From Candidatus Nanoarchaeia archaeon (GTDB taxonomy: Archaea > Nanobdellota > Nanobdellia > Woesearchaeales > JACQSR01): a stretch of 64,000 nucleotides of DNA. Each line of letters begins with the position of its first letter. Within the stretch, counting starts at the first letter, position 1. This document shows, in pieces, positions 1-9,097 of the stretch. The position numbers and the translations under genes were made by a program. The notes under the pieces were generated by a model. That model did no database searches. It was not told the origin of the DNA and saw nothing but the letters and a program-made list of their open reading frames with translations. The stretch covers positions 6,418 to 70,417 of the forward strand of contig DATDYF010000037.1 of the NCBI GenBank assembly GCA_035289105.1, in the 5' to 3' direction.

Positions 1-1
1 C

Positions 2-889
2 GTCTCGGTTGTTGTAATAGACAGCTATGGGGCAACTGACAGCCAGATACTAACAATTACAGTATTGGAATCAGGAAATCATGACCCAGTGCTTAATCCA
101 ATTGCAAATATAACTGTCACAGAGGGCGAGACTGCAATAATACAGCCAAGCGGCTCTGATTCAGACGGAGATTCGCTGACATTTAGCTATACATCGCCAT
201 TCAACTCTCAGGGAAGATGGTCTACAGATTACACAGACGCAGGGGGATATATGACAATCGTGAGTGTAACGGACGGCAAGGGTGGATTTGACAGCCAGGA
301 AGTGTTCGTTACCGTCCTTGAGTCTGGAAACCATGCTCCAACATTGGAGGTTGACGACATAGACGGCTTTGCTGGTGACTTAATAGAAGTAAACCCTGCT
401 GTAAGCGACCCAGATGGAGATTCTGTTACAGTAACAATTTCAGAGCCTGTAGGAAATGATGGCGTGTGGCAGACTGCTGATGGAGATGAGGGCCAATACA
501 CTGTTATAGTTACTGCTTCAGACGGCCAGCTTCAGGTAAGCAGGACAATCACAATTACACTCGAAGAGAAGAAGCTGAACAGGCTGCACATAAGCAGGAT
601 TAAGTTCAGCAGCGAGATTGTAAGGCCCGGAGAGCCTCTTGATGTCTACGTAACTGTAGAGAACGACGGAAGCATAACAGAGAAAGACCTCCGAGTTTCA
701 TTGTTGATGCCGGACATCGGGGAATGGGCAAAATCAAGAAGCTTTGACCTTAAGCCCGGAAGGGAAGCAACACAGAAAGTTACGGTTGAAATTCCGCCTG
801 ACATTGAACAGGGAGAATACGATGTCAGGGTAGTCATAAGCAACGACCGAAACAGAAGGGTTAAGGTAAGGCCGGTAGTTATCGAGTAA
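2..889 (+). CDS. Cell-surface protein, C-terminal portion (5' end upstream of window). Tandem cadherin/Ig-like repeats plus a CARDB-like domain.
   Basis: The reading frame is open from the first bases of the window. Repeated modules 'SGSDSDGDS..TDGKGGFDSQEVFVTV' and 'SDPDGDSVTV..ASDGQLQVSRTITITL' are present. The C-terminal 'DVYVTVENDGS..YDVRVVISNDRNRRV' resembles the CARDB adhesion fold. Confidence 0.55.
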   Translation, partial: VSVVVIDSYGATDSQILTITVLESGNHDPVLNPIANITVTEGETAIIQPSGSDSDGDSLTFSYTSPFNSQGRWSTDYTDAGGYMTIVSVTDGKGGFDSQEVFVTVLESGNHAPTLEVDDIDGFAGDLIEVNPAVSDPDGDSVTVTISEPVGNDGVWQTADGDEGQYTVIVTASDGQLQVSRTITITLEEKKLNRLHISRIKFSSEIVRPGEPLDVYVTVENDGSITEKDLRVSLLMPDIGEWAKSRSFDLKPGREATQKVTVEIPPDIEQGEYDVRVVISNDRNRRVKVRPVVIE

Positions 890-891
890 GG

Positions 892-899
892 TTTATATA
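892..899 (+). promoter_or_regulatory. TATA box (tttatata) about 24 nt upstream of the polB ATG. Implies a leaderless transcript.
   Basis: AT-rich octamer at the spacing expected for archaeal promoters. Confidence 0.35.
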
Positions 900-922
900 G
901 AATACCCCTTATTCTCTACCCA

Positions 923-3355
923 ATGGTAAGGATACGCTTTTTTCCCTTCGATGTAACATACAGGATTGTGGACGACAAGGCAGTAATACACCTGTACGGC
1001 CGAACTGCAGATGGAAATGACATCTGCATTATTGACGACAATTTCAGGCCATATTTTTATGTTTTTTCTGGAGATTTGGAGAAGGCAAAGTTAAAAATCG
1101 AGCAATTGAAGGTTGAGCGGGAGAGGATTGTAGCATTTGTTACCGGCTCCGAAATTGTTAAAAAGAGATATATGGGAAAGGATGTTAAGGCTCTAAAGGT
1201 TTACACAAATATTCCGGGAGCTGTTCCAATCATTAAAGATACTGTAAGGCAATGGAGTTTTATCGACTCTGTTCATGAATACGACATTCTTTTTGGGCGC
1301 AGGTATCTCATTGACAAGGGGATAATCCCTTTTTTATCCTATGAAGTTGAGGGTGACTTTGCTGCGGTTAAGTCGAAAGTGCCTGTTTTCAGGGCTGAGA
1401 GCATAGAGCAGCGCAGCGAGGATGTTCTTGAGGGGCCAAGGATTCTTTCATTCGACATAGAAACGTATTACAGCGAACGCGAGATAATGCCTGAGAAATT
1501 CCCGATTATCATGCTTGCATTTTACGGCCAGAATTTTAGGAAAGTCTTCACATGGAAAAGGTTTAGCACATCCGACGATAGCATAGAATTTGTTGAATCG
1601 GAAGCCGAGCTGCTTGAAAAGTTCAGGGAAACTATAGAGCATTACAAGCCCGAAATCATCACAGGATACTTTTCCGATGGATTTGATTTCCCGTACATTG
1701 AAAGCCGGGCTAGAAAATACAAGATAAAGCTGGATTTGGGTTTGGATTACAGCGAGCTTAGAATTAACAGAAAAGGGGATGTAGATGCAAAGATAACTGG
1801 AATCAACCACGTTGATGTATTCCGGTACATTCAGCGTATTATGGGGAGGTCTTTGGAGACAGACTCTTACAGCCTTGATGCCGTTTCATTCGAGCTTCTT
1901 GGCGAGAAAAAGCTGGATGTTAATCTCGACGAGATGTCGAAGGCTTGGGACGAGGGCAGCCAAGAGATAGAGAAATACTGCCGCTACAATCTTCATGATG
2001 CAAAGCTAACCTATGAGCTATGCAACAAGCTTCTGCCGAATATGGTAGAGCTTGTCAAAATAATTGGGCTCCCAATCGACGATGTCATCAGGATGGGCTT
2101 TTCTCAGCTTGTTGAATTGTATCTTTTAAGGCAGGCACCCAGGTTCAACGAGATTGCTCCAAACAGGCCGGAGCACGAGGATATAAACAGGCGCAGGGAA
2201 GACACATACAAGGGGGCATTTGTGTTTGAGCCAAAGCCGGGCTTATACAAAAATATTGCGGTGTTTGATTTCAGAAGCCTTTATCCAAGCATAATAAGCT
2301 CCCACAACATTTCATCTGCTACTTTGAATTGCAGTTGCTGCGGGGATGAGAAAGTTCCGTTGGAGGGGAAAGAATACTGGTTTTGCAGGAAGGAAAAGGG
2401 TTTCCTGCCATCGGTAATTGGCGACCTTATCGAGCACAGGGTGCGGATAAAAGAAATGGTAAGAAAGCAGAAAGATGTGCTCCTCACGGCAAGGGAGAAT
2501 GTGCTTAAATTGCTGGCAAACTCGTTTTACGGCTACTTTGGGTTTTTCGGAGCTCGATGGTATTCACTCGAGTCTGCACAGTCAACAACTGCATATGGCA
2601 GATTTTATATACATAAGGTAATTGACAAAGCAGAAAAGGAGGGCTTTACGGTTTTGTATTCTGACACAGATTCGATATTTTTGCTTCTCGACAGGAAAAC
2701 AAAAGTTGACGCAGAAAAATTCATGGAGTCTATAAACCTCGAGCTTCCGGGGCTGATGGAGCTTGAATATGAAGGTTTATATCCTTCCGGAATATTTGTG
2801 CCGACAAAGGAAGGGACCGCGGGCGCAAAAAAGAAATATGCGATGATTTCTGAGAATGGAATTTTGAAAATCCGCGGGTTCGAGACGGTAAGGAGAAACT
2901 GGAGCCTTGTTGCAAAGGAGCTTCAGGAAAATGTGCTAAGGGTCATTCTTCAGGAAGGAGATATAGATAAGGCATACAATCTGGCAAAGCAGACGATAAG
3001 AGATTTGCGGGAGAAGAAAATTGCCATGGAGAAAGTCATCATCAAAACGCAAATAACAAAGGAAGTTGGGAGCTACGAGGCAATAGGGCCCCATGTCGCA
3101 ATTGCACAAAGGCTTGAGATGCAGGGCAAGAAGGTTGAGCCGGGCTCCATAATTAGTTACATAGTTACTGAATATGGAGCTAAAATTAGGGACAAGGCGA
3201 AGCTTCCAGAGGAGGTTAAAGAAGGAGAATATGATGCTGAGTATTATATTAATAATCAGGTGATACCGGCCATTGAGAAGATTTTTGAGGTTCTTGGGTA
3301 TTCAAAGGGGGCCATTGAGGGCAGGGAACAGGGCACCTTGGGAAGATTTTTTTAA
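923..3355 (+). CDS. polB: Family B DNA polymerase (archaeal PolB)
   Basis: Exo I motif FDIET. Motif A DFRSLYPSII. Motif B KLLANSFYGYFG. Motif C LYSDTDS. Length 810 aa. Confidence 0.93.
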   Translation: MVRIRFFPFDVTYRIVDDKAVIHLYGRTADGNDICIIDDNFRPYFYVFSGDLEKAKLKIEQLKVERERIVAFVTGSEIVKKRYMGKDVKALKVYTNIPGAVPIIKDTVRQWSFIDSVHEYDILFGRRYLIDKGIIPFLSYEVEGDFAAVKSKVPVFRAESIEQRSEDVLEGPRILSFDIETYYSEREIMPEKFPIIMLAFYGQNFRKVFTWKRFSTSDDSIEFVESEAELLEKFRETIEHYKPEIITGYFSDGFDFPYIESRARKYKIKLDLGLDYSELRINRKGDVDAKITGINHVDVFRYIQRIMGRSLETDSYSLDAVSFELLGEKKLDVNLDEMSKAWDEGSQEIEKYCRYNLHDAKLTYELCNKLLPNMVELVKIIGLPIDDVIRMGFSQLVELYLLRQAPRFNEIAPNRPEHEDINRRREDTYKGAFVFEPKPGLYKNIAVFDFRSLYPSIISSHNISSATLNCSCCGDEKVPLEGKEYWFCRKEKGFLPSVIGDLIEHRVRIKEMVRKQKDVLLTARENVLKLLANSFYGYFGFFGARWYSLESAQSTTAYGRFYIHKVIDKAEKEGFTVLYSDTDSIFLLLDRKTKVDAEKFMESINLELPGLMELEYEGLYPSGIFVPTKEGTAGAKKKYAMISENGILKIRGFETVRRNWSLVAKELQENVLRVILQEGDIDKAYNLAKQTIRDLREKKIAMEKVIIKTQITKEVGSYEAIGPHVAIAQRLEMQGKKVEPGSIISYIVTEYGAKIRDKAKLPEEVKEGEYDAEYYINNQVIPAIEKIFEVLGYSKGAIEGREQGTLGRFF

Positions 3356-3396
3356 GGCAAGCTTAATAAATCAAATATCTACCTCCTTATCTGAAT

Positions 3397-3602
3397 GTGC
3401 CTGTAGCGCAGCCTGGATTTAATACAGAAAGCGCGGCTGCCTCCTAATGAACGCAGAGTTCAAAAGAAAGCAGCAGGTCCGGGGTTCGAACGCAAGGGAC
3501 TGCACCCTTCGCACACCTGCAGTCAAGTGGCATCTACGATGCCACGAACTTTTGGTGATGAGAGAAATATGCAATCCCTTAACGAAAGTCCTCGCAGGCA
3601 CG
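3397..3602 (+). tRNA. tRNA-Arg(CCU) with multiple introns. Includes a canonical 37/38-region intron (about 22 nt) and a non-canonical T-loop (59/60) intron of about 98 nt. The D-loop region is unusually long.
   Basis: Acceptor stem GTGCCTG/CAGGCAC (7 bp perfect). U8 A9 present, D-stem GCGC with 'AGCCTGG' D-loop. Anticodon stem GCTGC (3436-40) pairs with GCAGC (3470-74). Loop is C-U-CCU-A. Variable loop AGGTC. T-stem CGGGG/CCTCG with TTCGAA...T loop split by the intron at 3491-3588. Discriminator G, then TTTTTTT (3603-3609). Confidence 0.55.
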
Positions 3603-3649
3603 TTTTTTTCTCCCAAACAATTAAAAACCAGAACATATTCCCCTTCTTT

Positions 3650-3985
3650 ATGGAAGAGAAGAAATCAGATATTTTAATCGCGCTTCATAGGATTTTTGAG
3701 GGAAAGCCGGATGCTTACTTAAGTACGAAAGAGGCGGGTATTCACTTATACATTTTTCCTTATAGACATGAGGTAGTTGTTGGAGGGGTAAAAATAGACC
3801 TTCAAGAGACGTTCCAGTTAAATGATAATTATGCATTTGTTGTTATGGGCGGTGATAAAATGATTATGGGGGGGCATCTGGAGATGGACCCAACTAACAT
3901 CGAAGGGTACGCAAAAAGAGTAGAAGCGGAGTTATTGGGGGAAGGATTTAACGGAATTGAAGTAATTCTGCAAAAACCGGATTGA
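3650..3985 (+). CDS. Hypothetical protein (112 aa)
   Basis: Start moved to an internal ATG because the upstream part of ORF 3527.. overlaps the tRNA intron. No recognisable family. Confidence 0.45.
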   Translation: MEEKKSDILIALHRIFEGKPDAYLSTKEAGIHLYIFPYRHEVVVGGVKIDLQETFQLNDNYAFVVMGGDKMIMGGHLEMDPTNIEGYAKRVEAELLGEGFNGIEVILQKPD

Positions 3986-3989
3986 AATT

Positions 3990-4784
3990 CTATGCAATTC
4001 CCTTCAGCAAAAACCCAACCAGATAAGCAACTCCTGCCGCAAGTCCGCCTACAATCAGCATCTCCAATCCCGATTTCCACCATTCTATGTGCGTTACGTA
4101 AGAGCGGAATGCCCCGACAATGAATAAGACAATGAAAGTTAAGATTATTGAGGTAATGAAAGCGTAAGCAAGGAAAGAAGGGAATGCTATTGACAGGACA
4201 AAGGGAAGCAAAGGGGTAAAGCCTGCAATAACAAATGCAAAAAAGGTTGAAGATGCGCTCTTGATGGGAGTTTTTGTCTCTTCGATTAATCCAAGCTCCT
4301 CGCTCATCATTGTGTCCAGCCAGACCTTCTTGTTTGAGGTGATGATTTTAACAAGCCTGTCTAAGTTCTTTCCCTTGAATCCTTTCTTGGCATAGACTCC
4401 GCGGATTTCCGCTATTTCGCCTTTGGGGTAATTTTCAACCTCCCATTCTTCCCTGCTTCTTTCCCTCTTGTAGAAATCAGACTCTGATTTTGTGCTTAGG
4501 TAATTTCCAATCGCCATTGATATGCCGTCGCCAAAGAGGTTTGCAAATCCCAAAATGAGAACAATTGCAGATGAGAGAGAAGCGCCTGCCACTCCAGAAA
4601 CAACTGCAAAAGTAGTAATAATGCCATCTAACGCCCCATAAACCAAATCCCCAATATATCTGCCGCCTCTCCTGTGCTCCTCGAGATGCCTTTTAATTGC
4701 GGCTTCTGTATGCGCAGATTTTGCCTCCCGGATATCCTTCTTCAGAAACGCCTCTCTTGCCTTTTCAAGCCTTTCGGTGAGCAT
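3990..4784 (-). CDS. VIT1/CCC1-family iron/manganese transporter
   Basis: Motif 'GALDGIITTFAVVSG'. C-terminal polytopic TM region. Length 264 aa. Confidence 0.85.
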   Translation of the reverse strand: MLTERLEKAREAFLKKDIREAKSAHTEAAIKRHLEEHRRGGRYIGDLVYGALDGIITTFAVVSGVAGASLSSAIVLILGFANLFGDGISMAIGNYLSTKSESDFYKRERSREEWEVENYPKGEIAEIRGVYAKKGFKGKNLDRLVKIITSNKKVWLDTMMSEELGLIEETKTPIKSASSTFFAFVIAGFTPLLPFVLSIAFPSFLAYAFITSIILTFIVLFIVGAFRSYVTHIEWWKSGLEMLIVGGLAAGVAYLVGFLLKGIA

Positions 4785-4827
4785 GGAGTATTATCTATTT
4801 TAGTGTATTTAAAGGTTAACTAAGAAA

Positions 4828-5238
4828 TCAGGAAATCATCATAACAGGTTTTCTCTTGGGCCTAATCTGCTCCCACGGAAACAAAAGGCTGGCTTCATAG
4901 TCTTTTAGGTGTTGAGCAAGCCTCCTATGGTAATTCTCCAAAGCTCCAAGCAATTCTATAATCGGACCTTCTGTAATTTCTAAGCCAATAAAATTGTTTT
5001 CCCACCTATTTATCCCAAACTCGTCTGCTTTGCAAATGATACCTTCCAGTTCCGTTTCAATCTCATCCGGAACGGGTATCCCCCAGTATTTAATGTCTCC
5101 TAACGGGGATCTCAATCCAAAGCGGTCGATATGCTGAAAATCAAAAGCTTCGACTTTTCCACCATGGAGGTATTTTTCTCTTATCCCCTTAAAATCCTGC
5201 GCCAGTTTTAATGCTCCAGCAACGTAATCAGCTACCAT
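4828..5238 (-). CDS. Hypothetical protein
   Basis: 136-aa ORF with no recognisable motif. Confidence 0.45.
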   Translation of the reverse strand: MVADYVAGALKLAQDFKGIREKYLHGGKVEAFDFQHIDRFGLRSPLGDIKYWGIPVPDEIETELEGIICKADEFGINRWENNFIGLEITEGPIIELLGALENYHRRLAQHLKDYEASLLFPWEQIRPKRKPVMMIS

Positions 5239-5366
5239 GTAAATGGGGAATGATTTTAGGTTTATAATCTTTTTGGTAAATTTTATTTATTTTCTTTTAT
5301 CACAGCCTGTGCTGCCAGTGGCAGAACAACAACCTATTTAAAATCAAGCTTATAGCAGAGTATATT

Positions 5367-5735
5367 GTGAAGGATATAACTTACCCAACAGTCGAGAGAA
5401 TAATCGAGTATAACTATCTTGCGCTTACATTAATCAAGGTGAAAAGAGCGGATGAACCGAAGGTGCTGGACAGGGGGAAACTGATTGATGTTTTAGCTCG
5501 ATGCCAGGATGCCGAAGGCGATATTTATGATAAGGCCGTGTGCTTGCTGACGGGGCTTGTGCAAAAACACCCTTTTGCAAGCGGAAATCGAAGGACTGCG
5601 TTCATTGCAGCGAAGGGTTTTTTGGTGGGCAATGGCGCCCCATTTCGAATCAAGGATGAGCCAAAAATGGCGAAAGTGCTGCTTGGCATCAGAGAGGGTT
5701 ATTATTCCAATAATGAGGTTAAGGAGTTGGCTTAA
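5367..5735 (+). CDS. Fic/Doc-family toxin (death-on-curing-like)
   Basis: Fic/Doc motif 'HPFASGNRRTAF' matching HxFx(D/S)GNxR. GTG start. 122 aa. Confidence 0.8.
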   Translation: MKDITYPTVERIIEYNYLALTLIKVKRADEPKVLDRGKLIDVLARCQDAEGDIYDKAVCLLTGLVQKHPFASGNRRTAFIAAKGFLVGNGAPFRIKDEPKMAKVLLGIREGYYSNNEVKELA

Positions 5736-5737
5736 AA

Positions 5738-5860
5738 ATGGTAAAATCAGAGAGTTTAAGCGATAGGGAAAGACTGGAGATTTTGTCTGAAGAGTTGGAG
5801 AAGTTCGAGAATTTAATCAGGGGTCACAGGAAACTTCTTAAAGCAATAGGCGAACTTTAG
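5738..5860 (+). CDS. Small ORF (40 aa) directly downstream of doc. Possible antitoxin-like partner.
   Basis: ATG 3 nt after the doc stop. Encodes MVKSESLSDRERLEILSEELEKFENLIRGHRKLLKAIGEL. Overlaps the ppdK 3' end by 4 nt. Below the 60-aa ORF-track cutoff. Confidence 0.3.
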   Translation: MVKSESLSDRERLEILSEELEKFENLIRGHRKLLKAIGEL

Positions 5861-8472
5861 AGCCCCTTCAGCACAGCCTGGGCAGCAGCAAGCCTAGCTA
5901 TTGGCACACGATAAGGAGAACAGCTTACATAGTCCAACCCTATTTCGTGGCAGAATTCAACGCTGTTTGGGTCTCCGCCGTGCTCTCCGCAGATTCCGAA
6001 TTCCATAGGCTTTACCTTTCTTGCCTTCTCGACGCAGAGCTTCATCAGTGAGCCAATGCCAAACCTGTCAATTTCCTGGAACGGGTCTTTTTCAAAGATT
6101 CCTGCCTCGATGTATTTTGGGATAAACTTGCCTGCATCATCCCTTGAAAAGCCATAAGTAGTTTGTGTGAGGTCGTTAGTTCCGAAAGACATAAATTCAA
6201 CATGAGGAGCAATTTCATCTGCCGTAACGCATGCCCTTGGCAGCTCTATCATTGTGCCAATCTTGTAATGGACCTTTACGCCTGACTGCTTGATTAGCTT
6301 TTCTGCCGTATTTACAATAATGTCCTTTAGGATTTCAATTTCCTTTGAGTTTGCAACAACCGGGATTTCAATCTCCGGCAAGGCTTTCTTTCCTGATTTA
6401 TTGACATCAATTGCGGCCTCTATTATTGCAGTTGTCTGCATCTCGGCAATTTCAGGGTAAACTAATGCCAATCTGCATCCCCTGAAGCCAAGCATAGGGT
6501 TGAATTCAAACAGGTTTGCGATGGTTGACTTTAATTTTTCCACCGGAACTTTCATTTCCCTTGCCAGTTCGTTTATTTCCTTCTCTTCCTTTGGCAGGAA
6601 TTCGTGAAGTGGGGGGTCAAGCAGCCTAATCGTAACAGGCAATCCACTCATCACCTTGAAAATTCCTATAAAATCTGATTTCTGGTAAGGCAAAATCTTT
6701 GCAAGTGCCTTTTTCCTTCCGGCCTCATCATCCGCAAGAATCATCTCCCTTACTGCTTTAATCCTTTCACCCTCGAAGAACATGTGCTCCGTCCTTGTAA
6801 GCCCGATTCCTTCAGCACCGAATTTTAATGCAACTTCAGCGTCTTTGGGCGTATCAGCATTTGTCCTTACCTTTAATTTTCTCTTTTCATCTGCCCATTT
6901 CATTAAGGTCTGGAAGTAGCCTGAGATTTCAGGATCCTTGACTGGAACTTGTCCCAGATAAACCTCTCCTTCGGAGCCATCAAGGGTAATCCAATCAAGC
7001 TCGTTAACTTTAACTCCATTTGCCATGAAGTATTTTTCCTTTTCATTGATTGCAATATCTCCGCATCCTGCAACACAGCATTTTCCCATTCCTCTTGCTA
7101 CAACTGCTGCATGAGATGTCATTCCTCCTCTCGCGGTTAAAATCCCCTGTGCTGCATTCATTCCCTCTATGTCTTCTGGGGAAGTTTCAGTTCTTACAAG
7201 AATTATTTTATTGCCTTCATTTGCCAATTCCTTAGCCCTTTCTGCTGTGAATGCGACCTGACCAACTGCTCCTCCCGGGGATGCAGGAAGGCCTTTTCCG
7301 ATTATCTTTGCCTTTGATTTTGCAATCGGGTCGAGCTGCTTATGCAATAACTGGTTTAATTGATTTGGGTCAACGCGAAGCAACGCAGTATCCCTGTCTA
7401 TCAATCCTTCCTTATCCATCTCGACTGCAATCCTTATGGCAGCCAATGCAGTCCTTTTTCCAGTTCTCGTCTGGAGCATGAATAATTTCCCTTCCTGGAT
7501 TGTGAATTCTATGTCCTGCATATCTTTGTAATGGTGCTCAAGTCTCTTGTAGATAGATTCAAGCTTCTTGTAGGCTTCCGGCATCTTTTCCTTAAGCTTT
7601 GAGATTGGCTCCGGAGTTCTTATTCCTGCAACTACATCCTCACCCTGGGCATTGATGAGGAATTCGCCATAAAATTTGTTCTCGCCAGTTGAAGGGTCTC
7701 TGGTAAATGCGACTCCTGTAGCTGAAGTGTTTCCCATGTTGCCGAAAACCATAGTTTGAACGTTAACTGCGGTGCCGAGCAGCCCTTTAATGTCATGGAT
7801 TCTTCTGTATGCAACTGCGCGCTTTCCCATCCAAGAATTGAAGACAGCGTCAATTGCCATCTGAAGCTGTTTTTTCGGGTCGTCGGGGAATGAAGTTCCT
7901 GTATGCTTTTTGATTATTTTTTTGTATTCCTCAACAACTTTTTTAAGGTCGGAAGCGTCAAGCTCTGTATCATAAGCAACCCCTTTTGTTTCCTTGATTT
8001 TATCCAGAACCTCCTCAAAGTGCTTATGCTCAACCCCCATGACAACATCGCCGAACATATTGATGAATCTCCTGTAGGAATCGTAAGCGAAGCGCTCATT
8101 GCCTGTTTTTTTTATTAAACCCCGGATTGTTTCATCATTTAATCCTAAATTTAGAACAGTGTCCATCATGCCCGGCATTGAAACCTTTGCTCCTGAACGA
8201 ACGGAAACAAGCAAAGGGTTTTCCTCGTCGCCAAAACCTGCCTTCATGTCCTTTTCAAGGCGCTCTAGATTTTTATGAACTTGATCGAGAACCTCTTTTG
8301 GATAAGTCTTGTTGTTTTTATTGTAAATGTCACAAACCTCAGTTGTTATTACAAATCCAGACGGCACCGGTATCCCTAAAGAAACCATCTCTGCCAGATT
8401 CGCCCCTTTGCCGCCAAGCAAGTCCTTCATCTGGCCATTGCCTTCGTCGAAATAATAGACATACTTTTTCAT
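5857..8472 (-). CDS. ppdK: Pyruvate, phosphate dikinase
   Basis: N-terminus 'YVYYFDEGNGQMKDLLGGKGANLAEM'. Central phospho-His region 'GGMTSHAAVVARGMGK'. C-terminal PEP-utilising barrel 'CGEHGGDP'. 871 aa. Confidence 0.93.
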   Translation of the reverse strand: MKKYVYYFDEGNGQMKDLLGGKGANLAEMVSLGIPVPSGFVITTEVCDIYNKNNKTYPKEVLDQVHKNLERLEKDMKAGFGDEENPLLVSVRSGAKVSMPGMMDTVLNLGLNDETIRGLIKKTGNERFAYDSYRRFINMFGDVVMGVEHKHFEEVLDKIKETKGVAYDTELDASDLKKVVEEYKKIIKKHTGTSFPDDPKKQLQMAIDAVFNSWMGKRAVAYRRIHDIKGLLGTAVNVQTMVFGNMGNTSATGVAFTRDPSTGENKFYGEFLINAQGEDVVAGIRTPEPISKLKEKMPEAYKKLESIYKRLEHHYKDMQDIEFTIQEGKLFMLQTRTGKRTALAAIRIAVEMDKEGLIDRDTALLRVDPNQLNQLLHKQLDPIAKSKAKIIGKGLPASPGGAVGQVAFTAERAKELANEGNKIILVRTETSPEDIEGMNAAQGILTARGGMTSHAAVVARGMGKCCVAGCGDIAINEKEKYFMANGVKVNELDWITLDGSEGEVYLGQVPVKDPEISGYFQTLMKWADEKRKLKVRTNADTPKDAEVALKFGAEGIGLTRTEHMFFEGERIKAVREMILADDEAGRKKALAKILPYQKSDFIGIFKVMSGLPVTIRLLDPPLHEFLPKEEKEINELAREMKVPVEKLKSTIANLFEFNPMLGFRGCRLALVYPEIAEMQTTAIIEAAIDVNKSGKKALPEIEIPVVANSKEIEILKDIIVNTAEKLIKQSGVKVHYKIGTMIELPRACVTADEIAPHVEFMSFGTNDLTQTTYGFSRDDAGKFIPKYIEAGIFEKDPFQEIDRFGIGSLMKLCVEKARKVKPMEFGICGEHGGDPNSVEFCHEIGLDYVSCSPYRVPIARLAAAQAVLKGL

Positions 8473-8495
8473 TTTGACATTGGAGAAGGGGGGTG

Positions 8496-8503
8496 TTTAT
8501 AAA
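8496..8503 (-). promoter_or_regulatory. TATA box (tttataaa) about 25 nt upstream of the ppdK start
   Basis: Position relative to the ATG at 8472. Confidence 0.35.
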
Positions 8504-8514
8504 TGTTAACCTAC

Positions 8515-8592
8515 TTATTTAGAATACTTCTTCACCAATTCCATCGCAGTTTTGCCGTCAATTTTTTCCTTGGAACTGCATTAGCAAGGATG
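8515..8592 (-). pseudogene. Diverged copy of the gatE 3' end (encodes ..IDGKTAMELVKKYSK*). att-like remnant.
   Basis: Runs of identity to the gatE 3' end at 10362-10440 with about 70 percent identity over about 70 nt. Begins with the shared agaatacttcttcac. Confidence 0.6.
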
Positions 8593-8597
8593 GACAA

Positions 8598-8768
8598 TTA
8601 CCCCAATGTTTTCAAGTCCTCTTCCAGGTCTTTAATGGAGTATTCAGATTTGAAGCCCTGCTCGACCAGATATGATTGCATTTCCCAAACAGTTAAGTTG
8701 GCAATCTTTGCGGCTTTGCTTAGTGAAATCTTTCCCGCAATATAATCGTCCTTTGCTTTCTTCTTCAT
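8598..8768 (-). CDS. UPF0175-family small protein (antitoxin-like partner of PIN/DUF3368 toxins). No adjacent toxin, so orphan.
   Basis: 56-aa ORF MKKKAKDDYIAGKISLSKAAKIANLTVWEMQSYLVEQG.. with the UPF0175-like 'LSxAAxxAxxxxxEF' pattern. Below the ORF-track cutoff. Confidence 0.5.
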   Translation of the reverse strand: MKKKAKDDYIAGKISLSKAAKIANLTVWEMQSYLVEQGFKSEYSIKDLEEDLKTLG

Positions 8769-8983
8769 GAAATCGCCATATCCAAGGCTTAACAGCTTTC
8801 TATACTCGCGGACAAGATTAATTGAGCGATTGTTGTCCGCTCGTAATAAGCAAAGAGCATTGTTTATTGCTCAATTGTTTACACTCTTTGCTATAAGCAT
8901 GGTGAACCTGTCAAGGGTTTCCTCTCTGCTTAATTTAAATGTTTCGGTTGAGAGTGTTGAATTTCTTAGAAGGCGGTTCCGAC

Positions 8984-9035
8984 TCAGGAAGGATACCTCT
9001 TCACCAATTCCATCGCCTTTCTGCCGTTGGAATGG
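8984..9035 (-). pseudogene. Second diverged gatE 3'-end fragment (encodes ..NGRKAMELVKRYPS*)
   Basis: Shares 'cttcaccaattccatcgcc' with the 8521 fragment and 'ccatcgcctt' with the gatE 3' end at 10390-10399. Confidence 0.55.
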
Positions 9036-9097
9036 AAAGATTTATAAATTCTATGATTATTCTAATTAACACAGATTTAAATGTAGGTTAAACTGAA

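Noticed and set aside
3397-3602. Considered RNase P RNA or SRP RNA for this structured 200-nt region (it contains 'CGAAAGTCC' and terminal helix pairing)
   Set aside because: Too short and lacking P4/CR-I-CR-V or SRP helix-8 motifs. The 5' and 3' ends, D-arm, anticodon arm and split T-arm fit a tRNA cloverleaf much better.
3419-3677. ORFs 3419-3616 (-), 3447-3677 (+) and the 5' part of 3527-3985 (+)
   Set aside because: They overlap the intron-containing tRNA-Arg and its terminator. The downstream gene is better started at the internal ATG 3650.
8503-9069. Plus-strand ORFs 8503-8745 and 8767-9069
   Set aside because: They are opposite-strand shadows of the UPF0175 gene and the gatE 3'-fragment repeats.
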